Assembly (NCBI GenBank): GCA_903939735.1
Contig: CAJAIA010000006.1
Coordinates: 27,461 to 91,460 of the forward strand
Source: an uncultured Ignavibacteria bacterium
GTDB taxonomy: Bacteria; Bacteroidota; Ignavibacteria; Kapaibacteriales; Kapaibacteriaceae
Length of the DNA: 64,000 nt
Direction of reading: 5' to 3'
The position numbers were made by a program, and so were the translations under genes. The notes beneath the pieces are model-generated. The model made no database searches and had not been told where the DNA came from. It worked only from the letters and a program-made list of their open reading frames with translations. This document shows positions 22,301-30,620 of the stretch, one piece after another. Position 1 is the first letter of the stretch; each line of letters starts with the position of its first letter.

Positions 22301-23333
22301 AGGTAGCTGGACATTCACACCAGATCGCCTTTCAAGCCCAATTGCTGACACGCAGAAGGTTACAATCAGCACAACTGATCTCCAGGGAACAATTGTGAAT
22401 GGTCGTATCACAATCCGTGTAGTTGTCACTGACCGTCAAGGTTCGAAGGATACACTCACGTATCAAGTTGCAGTATCTGCAAAGACAAAGTTTGTTGCTG
22501 ATATCAAGGTTGAGAACAACCTCGGTGCATTCCAAATGCTCCAGTTTGGTCTGAACGATGTTGAAATCGCAACACGTGGCGATGAAGATGGTGCATTCGG
22601 TAAGCTCGACTCGAACTATTGCGAGTATGAACTTCCACCAGTACCATACATCGACGTCTTTGATGCTCGCTGGACAATTCCGAACCGCAACGGTATCCTG
22701 CGCAACATCTTCCCATTCTCAACAACAGCAGGTGAAGCGATCTATCGTGCTCGCTTCCAGGCTGGTGGCGAAACGGGTCAGAGCTCTGCTTACTATCCAG
22801 TACGCATCTCATGGTGCCGCAATCAGATGCCAGCGAAGGATGCTTCGAACCCAGGTTCGTACTACATCCGCGACGACCAGTCAAACGGTATGCTCTTCGC
22901 ATACAACATGAAGACTGGTGAAGGAACTTCAGCAGCTGATATCCTCCATAAGGAAGCAAACGGTTGCGATACCCTTATCATCAACCGCGACGCTGTACGT
23001 GGCTTTGTAATCGTCTATGACTACACAACAAGTGTAGACGGTGAAGAAATCAACGTAAACGAACTTGCCATCACGAAGACTGCTCCGAACCCATTCACAA
23101 CATCAACACAAGTAACATTCAATGTCCCAACGACATCAAATGTTGCAGTTGAACTGTACGATGCAATCGGAACACGTGTAGCAACACTTGCGAAGGACAT
23201 GTTCTCTGCAGGTAGCCACACAATCGAATGGAACGGCTTGGCAAACGGTGTCATCATGCCTTCGGGTCTCTACACAATCCGTGTAACAGACGGTACGAAG
23301 TCATCGACACAGCAAGTTGTGTTCGTCCGCTAA
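16323..23333 (+). CDS. Giant secreted surface protein (~2336 aa): Pmp-like beta-helix repeats, cadherin/He_PIG-like Ig domains, T9SS sorting domain
   Basis: GGAGG at 16314-16318; signal peptide; at least 11 GGA(I/L/V) motifs with FxxN partners; 'WLKINPTSGLLYGTP...VTDAGG'; C-terminal 'PNPFTTST...SGLYTIRV...VVFVR'. Confidence 0.8.
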   Translation: MQRWFRLSSLLLVLTAAFNVALSQSYVEVRGSLPPGSVRVFVRDTVYRISGTYTIGGTLLIEPGSRVEFMPNGRLIDSTGGRIIADGRASATYNPTAVNPLVPPYVGYDDPSYFGAPGVVSSTISTEPTIHPSKYSTIFNVDLGSNPNLQGLTPAKAMVYKAARLELGGVISAIRLNPWFRPTGAAISVRPARITFAAAGVNTFSREWGHIIVLPGSRAAFFRDVDFVGFRKDTTVDKEPIYLANNTGSLLTRAQAEAANDNILRASNGGGGAITTFSSRTWIVGCNFRNNMARYRGGALQVLQAPVDQFAGSTLQLWPTVTTTQLDALPKYPATVNPFLTSPLTAEPIDQALPITDRVYDAAAETMTDNDRQSIDDARLAVYLGRIRQIRFTGNTARVSDVDTINVGGIRFVGDANRAATVFATNSRSQKNEAAGGAVYISGRSNMTIGLGINDFQGKDTVEFNSNIAENRQPSTLVGTTRTSGALGGAVYVGDATSVIFAGRYTTNRTVTPFITDVTSDPTNTIGNFSQGGAIYAASTARQIQVRGNLDNNPPTHFLGNEAARGGAIYVAAGTTNTDVSPWIGGSDGIINARNYGFNIKFRDNRASVDGGAVFTARNMFMYGAGGSSGPLWIYGTNYGVEFQNNVANFSGGAITVAVPQNLPIARRVLRFVRGHFLNNRVGEVADSLKSNVRGGGALYSINADLNVVKGVEFRANKAWNGNGGAIAVVTPDTLTRKRFMVTDLDEVRFDANGVATGYSPRNDVFTFQTSSPRADERMLTRFYDNVANANAARQGSGTTQSGDIRVTHPGTTLRENGTGLGGALYILDSIRVRVDTVSFDRVRFQNNTAFTGAAVYSDNYDLKLAFARTLVTGNKATSDVGRSNDTIQGPLVNSENVASSDLAGAVLYGEVTGPLPWSTYSFAANSIYDNSARFIIRLPDAQDTKGVLAGTTGIGFGGVDTLRGNYWGRTEANVSTILPVSPNGGARVQETFFIAGNGKTHMRFVREATSNVTDQGPFESAWRYNYKPIPAWTIPDTLLLSGRIYDIFDKGTDIKTADYSNRRMSPVEDFAVGIPPVLKLYTDVTMPSYNKYVKRWTRNPFDAEAFTDIAAVQTEFVGNHPIGYPVFLEARADYSATAEVSNNDARAINESVFFVINERTGDFIRVNFAQKNLTDTIYRARVELVPDSTNGGDPNIRRAYEGLATYGTGATLLSFLADNPVVEDSSALQGRKWEGSSILGELGGAGFRLANRPTLPTSNAVGGDGGKETYFGGERFRALPVREGDQVTIVSRTMLWKEGVVNAINGGLTFTVGNNTTPPVFTGAADTLGTSPLIHPEMRNRVFVTENRLYTPITAAQSPRGGGRSWFNEPSSYPADASGNPITSMDGYERDSIFTITAVDVNKFYDPRVVNDPNFNAQLSYFWNITTGNSALRYWLRDTLVYASSANNPRWGATGYRMLRGRPINPYIVPGGEEVEVATKNFPPTHEMIDTLRKWNFDEAFISRWHYIYPSYFHAQQYDNNAIALDQRNPSNTNARFLQQDTVNFGWLDSSSYRFRIHVVDSMPRFLWNYNATGGQATTYQNMLKGDLTIVLDPTTTDAGSYDKATGTYLDTLRMTNTTSRVGRRLTQPNAVLNEVYNAPNAPQPDDLNVQFVANLTDSLRFRLDVNTDDEFEDLAAIDTNRAVVKKYGVWDFRYGKTSYGFLSTSIRQTPDDVSVEDIVQARPSWMATQFMRRYENAGQVDQFGEDFTTRGRIEIRIGAAQARQLLQPVNDLDPGRPINGDMNTDTVTTIVVNDGHGGINSITRRLFVNVVPTLMEQAALDSIAIEDIDYNVDLLDSARRIKVTDPNFGQAHTWELVYADDTRDSVPVDPYFTEAGQLVLDATRKTTPAWLKINPTSGLLYGTPRVTDLPYADTTVRVTVIVTDAGGLKAMRTYDLRVEARNHDPRLLSSPIVKCVEQGRPYSDTIRVTDIDLRRKQADNEQLTFEVIEPSGSWTFTPDRLSSPIADTQKVTISTTDLQGTIVNGRITIRVVVTDRQGSKDTLTYQVAVSAKTKFVADIKVENNLGAFQMLQFGLNDVEIATRGDEDGAFGKLDSNYCEYELPPVPYIDVFDARWTIPNRNGILRNIFPFSTTAGEAIYRARFQAGGETGQSSAYYPVRISWCRNQMPAKDASNPGSYYIRDDQSNGMLFAYNMKTGEGTSAADILHKEANGCDTLIINRDAVRGFVIVYDYTTSVDGEEINVNELAITKTAPNPFTTSTQVTFNVPTTSNVAVELYDAIGTRVATLAKDMFSAGSHTIEWNGLANGVIMPSGLYTIRVTDGTKSSTQQVVFVR

Positions 23334-23344
23334 TGCTTTAACGA

Positions 23345-23370
23345 TGGGGTCGGACTTCGGTCCGGCCCCA
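23345..23370 (+). promoter_or_regulatory. Intergenic stem-loop with C(UUCG)G tetraloop and no U-tract
   Basis: TGGGGTCGGAC-TTCG-GTCCGGCCCCA, 11 bp with one G.U pair. Confidence 0.65.
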
Positions 23371-23415
23371 CTCTACCGAACCGCAAACAAACAAGTTGTA
23401 AATCTTGGAGTCTCT

Positions 23416-25467
23416 ATGAAGAAACAGGTATTAATTGCCTCGGCGATTGTACTCTGTTCGTTCGCGATCGGTGCAGTGGATGGTATGGCGCAACAGATCT
23501 TTAACCAGTTTCGCCAGCCAGAACTCGTCGTAGGTCTCCCTTACCGGGACATCGACGCCTGCCCACAGTCGCGTTTGAACAAGCGAGTTATCGCTCCGTC
23601 GCAATTCACACTGCCGCCAACCTTCGTCAATGATCTTGATGACGGCTATGCGTACATCCAGTTCCCATCAGGCGTAGTCTACAACTACAATGGTGCGAAT
23701 TATGGTGGTATCTATGTGTCGATCAATGGTTTCGCCACATTTGATAACACAAAGCTTGTGCCTGCTAAGCAGTCACAAGGTCTCTTCATCAATTCATCGT
23801 CATACCCTGACAATGTAATTGCACCATACTGGGGCGATCACCGCTTCCGTACAGCTGCAGACATCATCGGTGGTTACATGCCTTCGGAAATCTCGTGGGT
23901 AGTCGATGTAGATCGTGATGAAAACTGCGATACGATCAAGCCTGTTCGTAACTGCATCGTTCTCCAGTGGAAGAACTTGAACATCAACGACGCTCGTGTA
24001 AACTCAAGCGTTGCGAATTTCCAAGCTCGTCTCTACCTGGGTGGCAACACTCGCAACAACCAAGGCGAAGTTGAACTTGCATATGGTCAGATTGCTGGCA
24101 ATCCTAACACGTCGAACACAACAGTTGTAACGCGTGGTGCTACAGTCGGTATCAAGGGCAATGGTGGTTTCCCTGGCTTCCGTTCTGACTTCTGGAACGG
24201 TCTGATCTGGGTTCCACGTGCTGGTGGTAATGCGTTCACGGATTCAACATCGATCTGGCAGCCTTCGGGCGGTCGTTCAGATGCACGTATTCGTTTCAAT
24301 TCGATCATCTACTTGACATTCGACGTTTGGGGCTTCGGTGATGCAGATACATCTGCAGCACAAGGTGAGCGCCACGATAATCTTCCACAGAACCGTCGTG
24401 TAACGGCTAACGATGCTCGCGTTATCATGCGCTCAATCGTTACAAAGCGTCCACTCGATTCTGTATGGAAGCGTCAAGCATACCAAGGTGATGTTAATCA
24501 CTCAGGTCGCTACTACTTCACAAAGCTGAAGCGTGACTTCTCTGGTGACTCGATGGTTGGCAATCAGATTGTTATCTGGCGCCGTACAATCGACATGGAG
24601 CAGTTCTTCCCTGGTGAGGGATCAACTCTTACAACAGGTAAGCAAGTTGTTCGCGTGATGTACGAAGGTGATGGTCTTTACGGTGTTGGTGGCAAGGCCC
24701 CAGACGTATCAAGCCTCAACCAGATCTACTACGAGGTAACAGAGTATGATGCATCATTGATCATGCGCTATATCTCGGGTCGTCTCCCGTACCTCCCTTG
24801 GATCTATGACAACGATACAGTTGGTCCAAACTTCGGTAAGGTCAACAACGTACCAGTTGCAGAGAATATCAGCTTCGGTACAGCAGCTTCTGTCGGTAAT
24901 GGTCTTGTTCGTGTTCCTGTGTATGTCAGTGCAGCTCACAAGGGTGCATTCGGTGTACGCTTCGAGACAAACAAGGACCTCGTCGAAGTAACAGCAGTTG
25001 CGAACGACGGCAACACAGTAATGGCAGATCACGGCACGGATATCGCAGTTGTTACAGGTAACGGTTCATTCGATCCGTCGACACCAGTAGCATATGTTAC
25101 GATGAAGGAAGGCGCACTGCTTGAATTCTCGAATATCCGCTTCAATGAGCAAATCGTTGGTTCACAAACTATCACGATGGTTGAGAACAACGCTGGCTCA
25201 GCTGTTTCTGTATATCCAAACCCAACAACGTCGAATGCATCGATGGCAATCACACTTCCTGAGTCAGGCAATGTGGCTATCCGTGTGTATGACACGTTCG
25301 GCAAGTTTGTTGCAACAGTACACGACGGCTACGCAACTGCAGGCACATTCACAGCAACATGGAATGCAACGGATGCTACAGGCACTCAAGTAGTTCCTGG
25401 TGCGTATGTGATCCGCGTTGAAGGTGCCGGCGTAAGCACATCAAACATGGTAACGGTTCTCCGTTAA
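23416..25467 (+). CDS. Secreted protein: nidogen(NIDO)-like N-domain, dockerin-like duplication, T9SS/FlgD-Ig C-terminus
   Basis: GGAG before ATG 23416; 'YVSINGFATF...IAPYWGD'; 'GDADTS...VTANDARVIMRSIV' and 'GDVNHSG...VTEYDASLIMRYISGRLPYLP'; 'VYPNPT...PGAYVIRV'. Confidence 0.7.
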   Translation: MKKQVLIASAIVLCSFAIGAVDGMAQQIFNQFRQPELVVGLPYRDIDACPQSRLNKRVIAPSQFTLPPTFVNDLDDGYAYIQFPSGVVYNYNGANYGGIYVSINGFATFDNTKLVPAKQSQGLFINSSSYPDNVIAPYWGDHRFRTAADIIGGYMPSEISWVVDVDRDENCDTIKPVRNCIVLQWKNLNINDARVNSSVANFQARLYLGGNTRNNQGEVELAYGQIAGNPNTSNTTVVTRGATVGIKGNGGFPGFRSDFWNGLIWVPRAGGNAFTDSTSIWQPSGGRSDARIRFNSIIYLTFDVWGFGDADTSAAQGERHDNLPQNRRVTANDARVIMRSIVTKRPLDSVWKRQAYQGDVNHSGRYYFTKLKRDFSGDSMVGNQIVIWRRTIDMEQFFPGEGSTLTTGKQVVRVMYEGDGLYGVGGKAPDVSSLNQIYYEVTEYDASLIMRYISGRLPYLPWIYDNDTVGPNFGKVNNVPVAENISFGTAASVGNGLVRVPVYVSAAHKGAFGVRFETNKDLVEVTAVANDGNTVMADHGTDIAVVTGNGSFDPSTPVAYVTMKEGALLEFSNIRFNEQIVGSQTITMVENNAGSAVSVYPNPTTSNASMAITLPESGNVAIRVYDTFGKFVATVHDGYATAGTFTATWNATDATGTQVVPGAYVIRVEGAGVSTSNMVTVLR

Positions 25468-25473
25468 TCACGC

Positions 25474-26622
25474 TTGACGACGTTGAAAATCTTGGTGACG
25501 ATAACGCTGGCCGCCCTCGCGGCGGCCAGCGGAGTCACCGCTCAGGACACATTGCTGCTTCGAACATTTCGAACTGTTGATGTGTGTTCGTCAGAACAGC
25601 GATGGCTGATCGCTCCTTACATCGGGAACATCCGTTCTACAGACAGCCTAGCGTCCTTTGACATCACAATTGGATTTGACACATCGGTGGTTCGACCGAC
25701 AGATGTGTTAACAGAGAACACACTATCGTTCATGAGTGATTATCCTGCACAAATGTCGCTGGTTATACCTGGCGAGATGAGGATAGCAGGGTTCAACATC
25801 ATTCGGAACATGGTTGGAGACAAGCCGCTCTTCGCTGTCGCAGGCAACTACGCAGGTGGTTGTAGTGATAGCATCAACTTTACCTTTCCTTGGCCTCCGT
25901 CATTCAATGAAGAGTTCAAGAAGAAGATAACTGTCCTGGCTAGTGAGCGTGTAGCAGTCGTTGCAAATCCCAAAGTGGATCAACAACTGGGAATCACGTT
26001 TGCGACAGATTCAGTGATTATCAATGGGAAGGACTCAGTTGTAGTCGTGAATTGTTCGGTTGCATTTGGTTCTAAGAGACCGAGCACTGGAACGCTTCAC
26101 GTTGACCTGAGTAATGACGAGCTTGCGAGAATTGATAGTGCATCAGTTGAGGGTGTACGATTAGTAGCTCTTCGAACGACTTCTAAATCTGTTGAAGCGG
26201 ATGTTGAGTTTGAGAGTGGGCAAGCACCGAGTATCAGCATCTATATCCGCAATACGACATCAGCAAGCAGCGCACGAGTTTCGGCTAGTGCATTCCTAGA
26301 TGTAACGGATAGTTGTTCGTGTGTTCGTAGCGGTCTACGAGATACAGTCGAGGTTGAGTTAACAAATCCAATTGTATCGGTTTCATCTCCTGTCGATGAT
26401 AGCAATGAGAAGCTTGTGGTGACTTCCACAACAGCATCATGTTATTGCAATCATGGGCAGACGAATGAAATCAATGTGTTCTCATTGACGGGCGTGCGTC
26501 TCGACAGCAGACGTACAAACGAAAATGAGAACACGATGTCAATCGAACACCTCCCGTCTGGTACCTACATCATTGTTGGTACCTGCGGAACTCGAAAGCT
26601 TGTAAATCTGAATTTGAAATGA
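25474..26622 (+). CDS. Secreted protein with a cohesin-like domain and T9SS-like C-terminus
   Basis: TTG start and signal peptide; 'LASFDITIGFDTSVVRPTDVLTENTLS...PGEMRIAG...PLFAV' cohesin-like pattern; 'LPSGTYII' tail. Confidence 0.6.
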   Translation: MTTLKILVTITLAALAAASGVTAQDTLLLRTFRTVDVCSSEQRWLIAPYIGNIRSTDSLASFDITIGFDTSVVRPTDVLTENTLSFMSDYPAQMSLVIPGEMRIAGFNIIRNMVGDKPLFAVAGNYAGGCSDSINFTFPWPPSFNEEFKKKITVLASERVAVVANPKVDQQLGITFATDSVIINGKDSVVVVNCSVAFGSKRPSTGTLHVDLSNDELARIDSASVEGVRLVALRTTSKSVEADVEFESGQAPSISIYIRNTTSASSARVSASAFLDVTDSCSCVRSGLRDTVEVELTNPIVSVSSPVDDSNEKLVVTSTTASCYCNHGQTNEINVFSLTGVRLDSRRTNENENTMSIEHLPSGTYIIVGTCGTRKLVNLNLK

Positions 26623-26657
26623 AGAATCTCTTGATCAACTCATCTGAGGAGTTTTCT

Positions 26658-29600
26658 ATGAATCGTCGATATGCTCTCTGGGGTAGCGGCGCCAAGATTG
26701 GCGTGGTACTCCTGCTTGCAGCATTGATCGGCCTCGGCTCGCAAGTGCTTCACGCACAAAACAAGCCCGAGATGCCGACGCTTTCGCTGACCGGTTTGGC
26801 CGGTGGTTGGAACACAACGTATTATCCTGATGGCCGCATCTGGACTTCCAAGCGTGGTCCAAATGGCGATCGTGAACTCCTCGTTCCAGTGTTCATCAAG
26901 AACTGCTGGCGCTCAACGGAGATCTTCGAAGCGTTCCCAATCTTCAGCTTCAAGTTTAAGGTGCAGTTTGACTCAACTGCTCTTGAACTTATCGGTGTAG
27001 ATAAGAACGGACCAAAGCGTGGCGTGCAGTTTGCACCACTTTCATGCCTTGGTAAGGACTTCGAGTACACGGTTGACGTTGCACGTGACACGACATTCCA
27101 ACGTGTCATCAAGGCTCCGGTACAGAACCGTCTTCGTGGTAAGCGCGCTATCGTTACAGCTGTATCGTCAAAGGCGCTCCCACAAACAGGCGATATCACA
27201 CAGCCGTGTGATCAGCGTCCGTTCCAAGAGCTTGTGTACTTGCGCTTCCGCGTAGTTGCAGATCCTTCAATCGACGTAGAATCGGCACGTACGCCAATCA
27301 TTCTCACGAATGACACATTGTTCTACAACGATTTCCAAATGGGTAAGTCAATCGCCTTCCCAGGCGACGGTGTACCGGGTGAATTCGCTGGTGTTGGTGG
27401 TGTCGATAACTATTTCGTCGACAACCTCAACCAAGAGCAGATCCGTGATCCACTGCGTCCATCGAAGCCAGGTATGATCTGGCTGGAAGTAACTGACCTT
27501 TCGCCACGTCTTGCGTTCAACCTTAACGCAGATCCAACGAGCCGCCTTGCTGACTCGGTCAATGGTTCGAACGGTACACAATGGTTTATCGTAGATCCGA
27601 TCACAGTCGACTACGGTAGCTCATTCGATGACCAACCAAACGGCATCGGTACGCGCGACATCGACTTCATCAACATCGCTCCTGGTACACGTGCGTACGA
27701 GATCCTCGTACAATCAGACAAGAAGTGGTTGAAGTTCAAGTCGTTCAAGAAGGGTGGAGCTGGCGAGAATGATCCATTCCCACAGCCAGTTCGTGAAGGT
27801 TATGTTCAGTACATGGACAAGGGTATCCTTGGTACAACGCTTGGCGTGACACCATTCGGCGACCCAACAGTTGGTACACGCGACATCAACCTTCGCATCA
27901 TCTGTGATCCAAACGAACTTCCAAACGGAGATGAGCAAGAGGTATGTGGTACATACGTCGGCACACTTTCGTTCAAGTCGCCATCACTCGAAGTGTCACC
28001 TGTGCAAATCAAGGTTACATTCATCTACTTCCGCACTCCATACGAGCCAAATGCGTTCGACGAGAACAACAACTGGCAGCGTAGCCAAGAGTTCCTTGGC
28101 CGTGGTATCACGGTTCAAGTTCGCAACTCGAACTCGCCAGTAGAGCGTACATACCTCACATTCGGTGTTGGTAATCGCGCTACAGACGAAGTAGACACGC
28201 TCTTCGGCGAAACGGTATACAAGTCAGCACTCAACTCGTTTGGTGCACGCTGGTACCCACGCAACAAGGAAGGCATCGACATTTATCAGAATGGTCTCGG
28301 CGATCTCTGGGCTGGTACAGCTCAGCGTCCACGTAGCTCATCACGTGATATCCGTTCGATCTACTCAGACACAACGCTTCTCTACACATGCCGCTTCAAC
28401 GCAGGCAGCGACCTCAACTACCCAGTTGTTGTTGAGTGGGACGTTGATGAGTTCATTCCTGGCTCAGATCTCTTCATCCGCGATACGCTGAACGGTTCAC
28501 GTTTCAACGTTAACATGCGCGAAGGCACAGTTCTCACACCGCAGAACCGTCGTTCGTTCACACTCCGTGATGCAGACATCAAGGCATTCACAATCGAGTA
28601 CACGCTTCCTAAGGTTGCTCAGTTCCCAGTGATCAACAAGGGTTGGAATCTTCTTTCGGTTCCTGTTAACCCATCGTCGAGCAACTGGAAGAGCATCTTC
28701 CGTAACGCCCTCTCAGAACCAGTTCGCTTCTCGCAGAACATTTACCAGCAAGCTGGTAATGACATTGCACCAGGCGTTGGTTACTTCGTGAAGTACTCGG
28801 ATGAACTTGACAAGACAATTGCAGGTTCACGCATCCGCCGCATCGACGACCAAGCGTTCTCAACACGTCTTTATGATGGTTGGAACACAATCGGTTCGCT
28901 TTCATCGCCAACATCAACAGAGAACGTCACACTGCTTCCATTCGGACAAGGTGCATTCCCTGCAATCACTGGCGATATCTACGGCTACGTAACGAACCGT
29001 GGTTATCAAGCAGTCACAGAAATCGAGCCAGGTCTCGGTTACTGGATCAAGATCTCGGGCCAAGCATATCTTTCGATGTGCTGCGGTACACTCGGTAAGA
29101 GCGGTGTGAACTTCTCTACAGTACGTGAGACGGTTAAGGCAAACGCAATGCGCGTAACGGTCAGCGATAATGCTGAGAACGTTGGTGACGTGTTTGTTGC
29201 AAACCGCGGTTCAATCGAAACACGTAATGTGTTCGAACTCCCACCAGTACCACCAAATGGTCTCTTCGACGTACGTTTCACAGATCAGACGTACATCAAC
29301 GACGACATCAACCCAATGATTCAACTCCAAGGTGCAACGTTCCCTGTGACAGTAACAGTGAACAACCCAAGCCGTTCGTACGTTGTTACGAACCCAATCT
29401 CGGGTGCAGTTCTTGGAACAATCGTTGCAGGTCGTAGCAACAACATCACGATCACAGATGCACGCACACCGTACATCCGCCTGATGGGTCAGGAAGCAAA
29501 CCTCACAGCTCTTACTGTGTCGGTTTCGCCAAATCCAGCATCTACAGTCGGTATGGTTAACGTAACAGTGCCACAATCTGGTCGCGTAACAGTTGCTCTG

Positions 29601-29765
29601 TTTGATGCAATGGGTCAACTCGTATCGACAATCGTTGATGAAGAGAAGACAGCAGGCATCTATGGCTTCGATATGAACGCAGGTTCACTTGCACAAGGTC
29701 GTTACATCGTGAAGGTCACGACAAACGGCGCAACTGCAACGAACGCGGTCACAATCGTCCGCTAA
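26658..29765 (+). CDS. Large secreted protein: cohesin-like N-domain, duplicated GWN...PGxGYxxK module, T9SS sorting domain
   Basis: GAGGAG before ATG 26658; 'LLVPVFIKN...FSFKFKVQFDSTALELIGV...LVYLRFRVV'; 'KGWNLLSVP...PGVGYFVK' and 'DGWNTIGS...PGLGYWIK'; 'SPNPAS...QGRYIVKV...TIVR'. Confidence 0.7.
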   Translation: MNRRYALWGSGAKIGVVLLLAALIGLGSQVLHAQNKPEMPTLSLTGLAGGWNTTYYPDGRIWTSKRGPNGDRELLVPVFIKNCWRSTEIFEAFPIFSFKFKVQFDSTALELIGVDKNGPKRGVQFAPLSCLGKDFEYTVDVARDTTFQRVIKAPVQNRLRGKRAIVTAVSSKALPQTGDITQPCDQRPFQELVYLRFRVVADPSIDVESARTPIILTNDTLFYNDFQMGKSIAFPGDGVPGEFAGVGGVDNYFVDNLNQEQIRDPLRPSKPGMIWLEVTDLSPRLAFNLNADPTSRLADSVNGSNGTQWFIVDPITVDYGSSFDDQPNGIGTRDIDFINIAPGTRAYEILVQSDKKWLKFKSFKKGGAGENDPFPQPVREGYVQYMDKGILGTTLGVTPFGDPTVGTRDINLRIICDPNELPNGDEQEVCGTYVGTLSFKSPSLEVSPVQIKVTFIYFRTPYEPNAFDENNNWQRSQEFLGRGITVQVRNSNSPVERTYLTFGVGNRATDEVDTLFGETVYKSALNSFGARWYPRNKEGIDIYQNGLGDLWAGTAQRPRSSSRDIRSIYSDTTLLYTCRFNAGSDLNYPVVVEWDVDEFIPGSDLFIRDTLNGSRFNVNMREGTVLTPQNRRSFTLRDADIKAFTIEYTLPKVAQFPVINKGWNLLSVPVNPSSSNWKSIFRNALSEPVRFSQNIYQQAGNDIAPGVGYFVKYSDELDKTIAGSRIRRIDDQAFSTRLYDGWNTIGSLSSPTSTENVTLLPFGQGAFPAITGDIYGYVTNRGYQAVTEIEPGLGYWIKISGQAYLSMCCGTLGKSGVNFSTVRETVKANAMRVTVSDNAENVGDVFVANRGSIETRNVFELPPVPPNGLFDVRFTDQTYINDDINPMIQLQGATFPVTVTVNNPSRSYVVTNPISGAVLGTIVAGRSNNITITDARTPYIRLMGQEANLTALTVSVSPNPASTVGMVNVTVPQSGRVTVALFDAMGQLVSTIVDEEKTAGIYGFDMNAGSLAQGRYIVKVTTNGATATNAVTIVR

Positions 29766-29786
29766 TTCATTGGCTGAAAGCAAAGG

Positions 29787-29816
29787 AAGGGCAGCAGGTA
29801 ACTGCTGCCCTTTTTT
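29787..29816 (+). terminator. Rho-independent terminator closing the surface-protein operon
   Basis: AAGGGCAGCAG-GTAA-CTGCTGCCCTT followed by TTTT. Confidence 0.9.
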
Positions 29817-29837
29817 GTTCATGGTAACGGAAACAAC

Positions 29838-30614
29838 ATGCGCTGTATTCTTCTCGGTGTCATCACTCTTCTTACGTTACAAGTGGCAACGGCACAAGAG
29901 GTAGGGTTTACACTCACAGTAACCAATGTTCTTCCAAGTGGTCGTCCTTCTGGAACGTTCACGTTTGGAGCACATCCGAATGCAACGAACGGACTTGACA
30001 TAGCGCTGGGTGAACGCGAGATACCGTCGCTACCGCCCCCTGCCGGAGTATTCATCATCTACACGGTTCCGCCAACCCCTGATGTCCTATGGCTTAGTCC
30101 GAAGGATATCCGTAAGATGTCGCCAGACTCGCAGGTACGCCACGAGTACGATATGAACGTCACGTGGAACGGCGGACGGCTCAATGTTACGTCGGCAATG
30201 CGTTTGCCACGTGGAATAGACTCTGCGTATCTCGTAGATGCGATCACAGACTTTCCGAACAACTTCATCAAAGCGCGCATCGATTCGGGCGAGGTCTTCA
30301 CGACAGACAATCCGGCTATCACAAGGATGAAGGTGCTGGTGTGGTATGCGCCAACAGCAACGAGTGTCGACAATGAAGTTGTCGAACGCGTAGCAATTGC
30401 ACCCAATCCTACGTCCGACGTCGTGTACGTGCGTGGATGTGTTCCTGGCTCCTCGATACACGTTGTGTCGACGCTTGGCGTGGAATACGTGAGTGTTCGA
30501 GCAGAGGACGGCACTGTGGTCATTCCGGTACACGGCCTTCCAATCGGTGCCTATATTGTTCGTGCCATACACCCTGATGGCGGAACTTCACAACAGACCA
30601 TGATTCGTCGGTAA
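29838..30614 (+). CDS. Small T9SS-secreted protein carrying the FG-AT-D-GE-PP motif domain
   Basis: Signal peptide; 'FTFGAHPNATNGLDIALGEREIPSLPPPAGVF'; C-terminal 'IAPNPTSD...LPIGAYIVR'. Confidence 0.7.
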   Translation: MRCILLGVITLLTLQVATAQEVGFTLTVTNVLPSGRPSGTFTFGAHPNATNGLDIALGEREIPSLPPPAGVFIIYTVPPTPDVLWLSPKDIRKMSPDSQVRHEYDMNVTWNGGRLNVTSAMRLPRGIDSAYLVDAITDFPNNFIKARIDSGEVFTTDNPAITRMKVLVWYAPTATSVDNEVVERVAIAPNPTSDVVYVRGCVPGSSIHVVSTLGVEYVSVRAEDGTVVIPVHGLPIGAYIVRAIHPDGGTSQQTMIRR

Positions 30615-30620
30615 TACAGT

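Noticed and set aside
16323-29765. True cellulosome
   Set aside because: No recognisable glycoside hydrolase, CBM3 or tandem multi-cohesin scaffoldin
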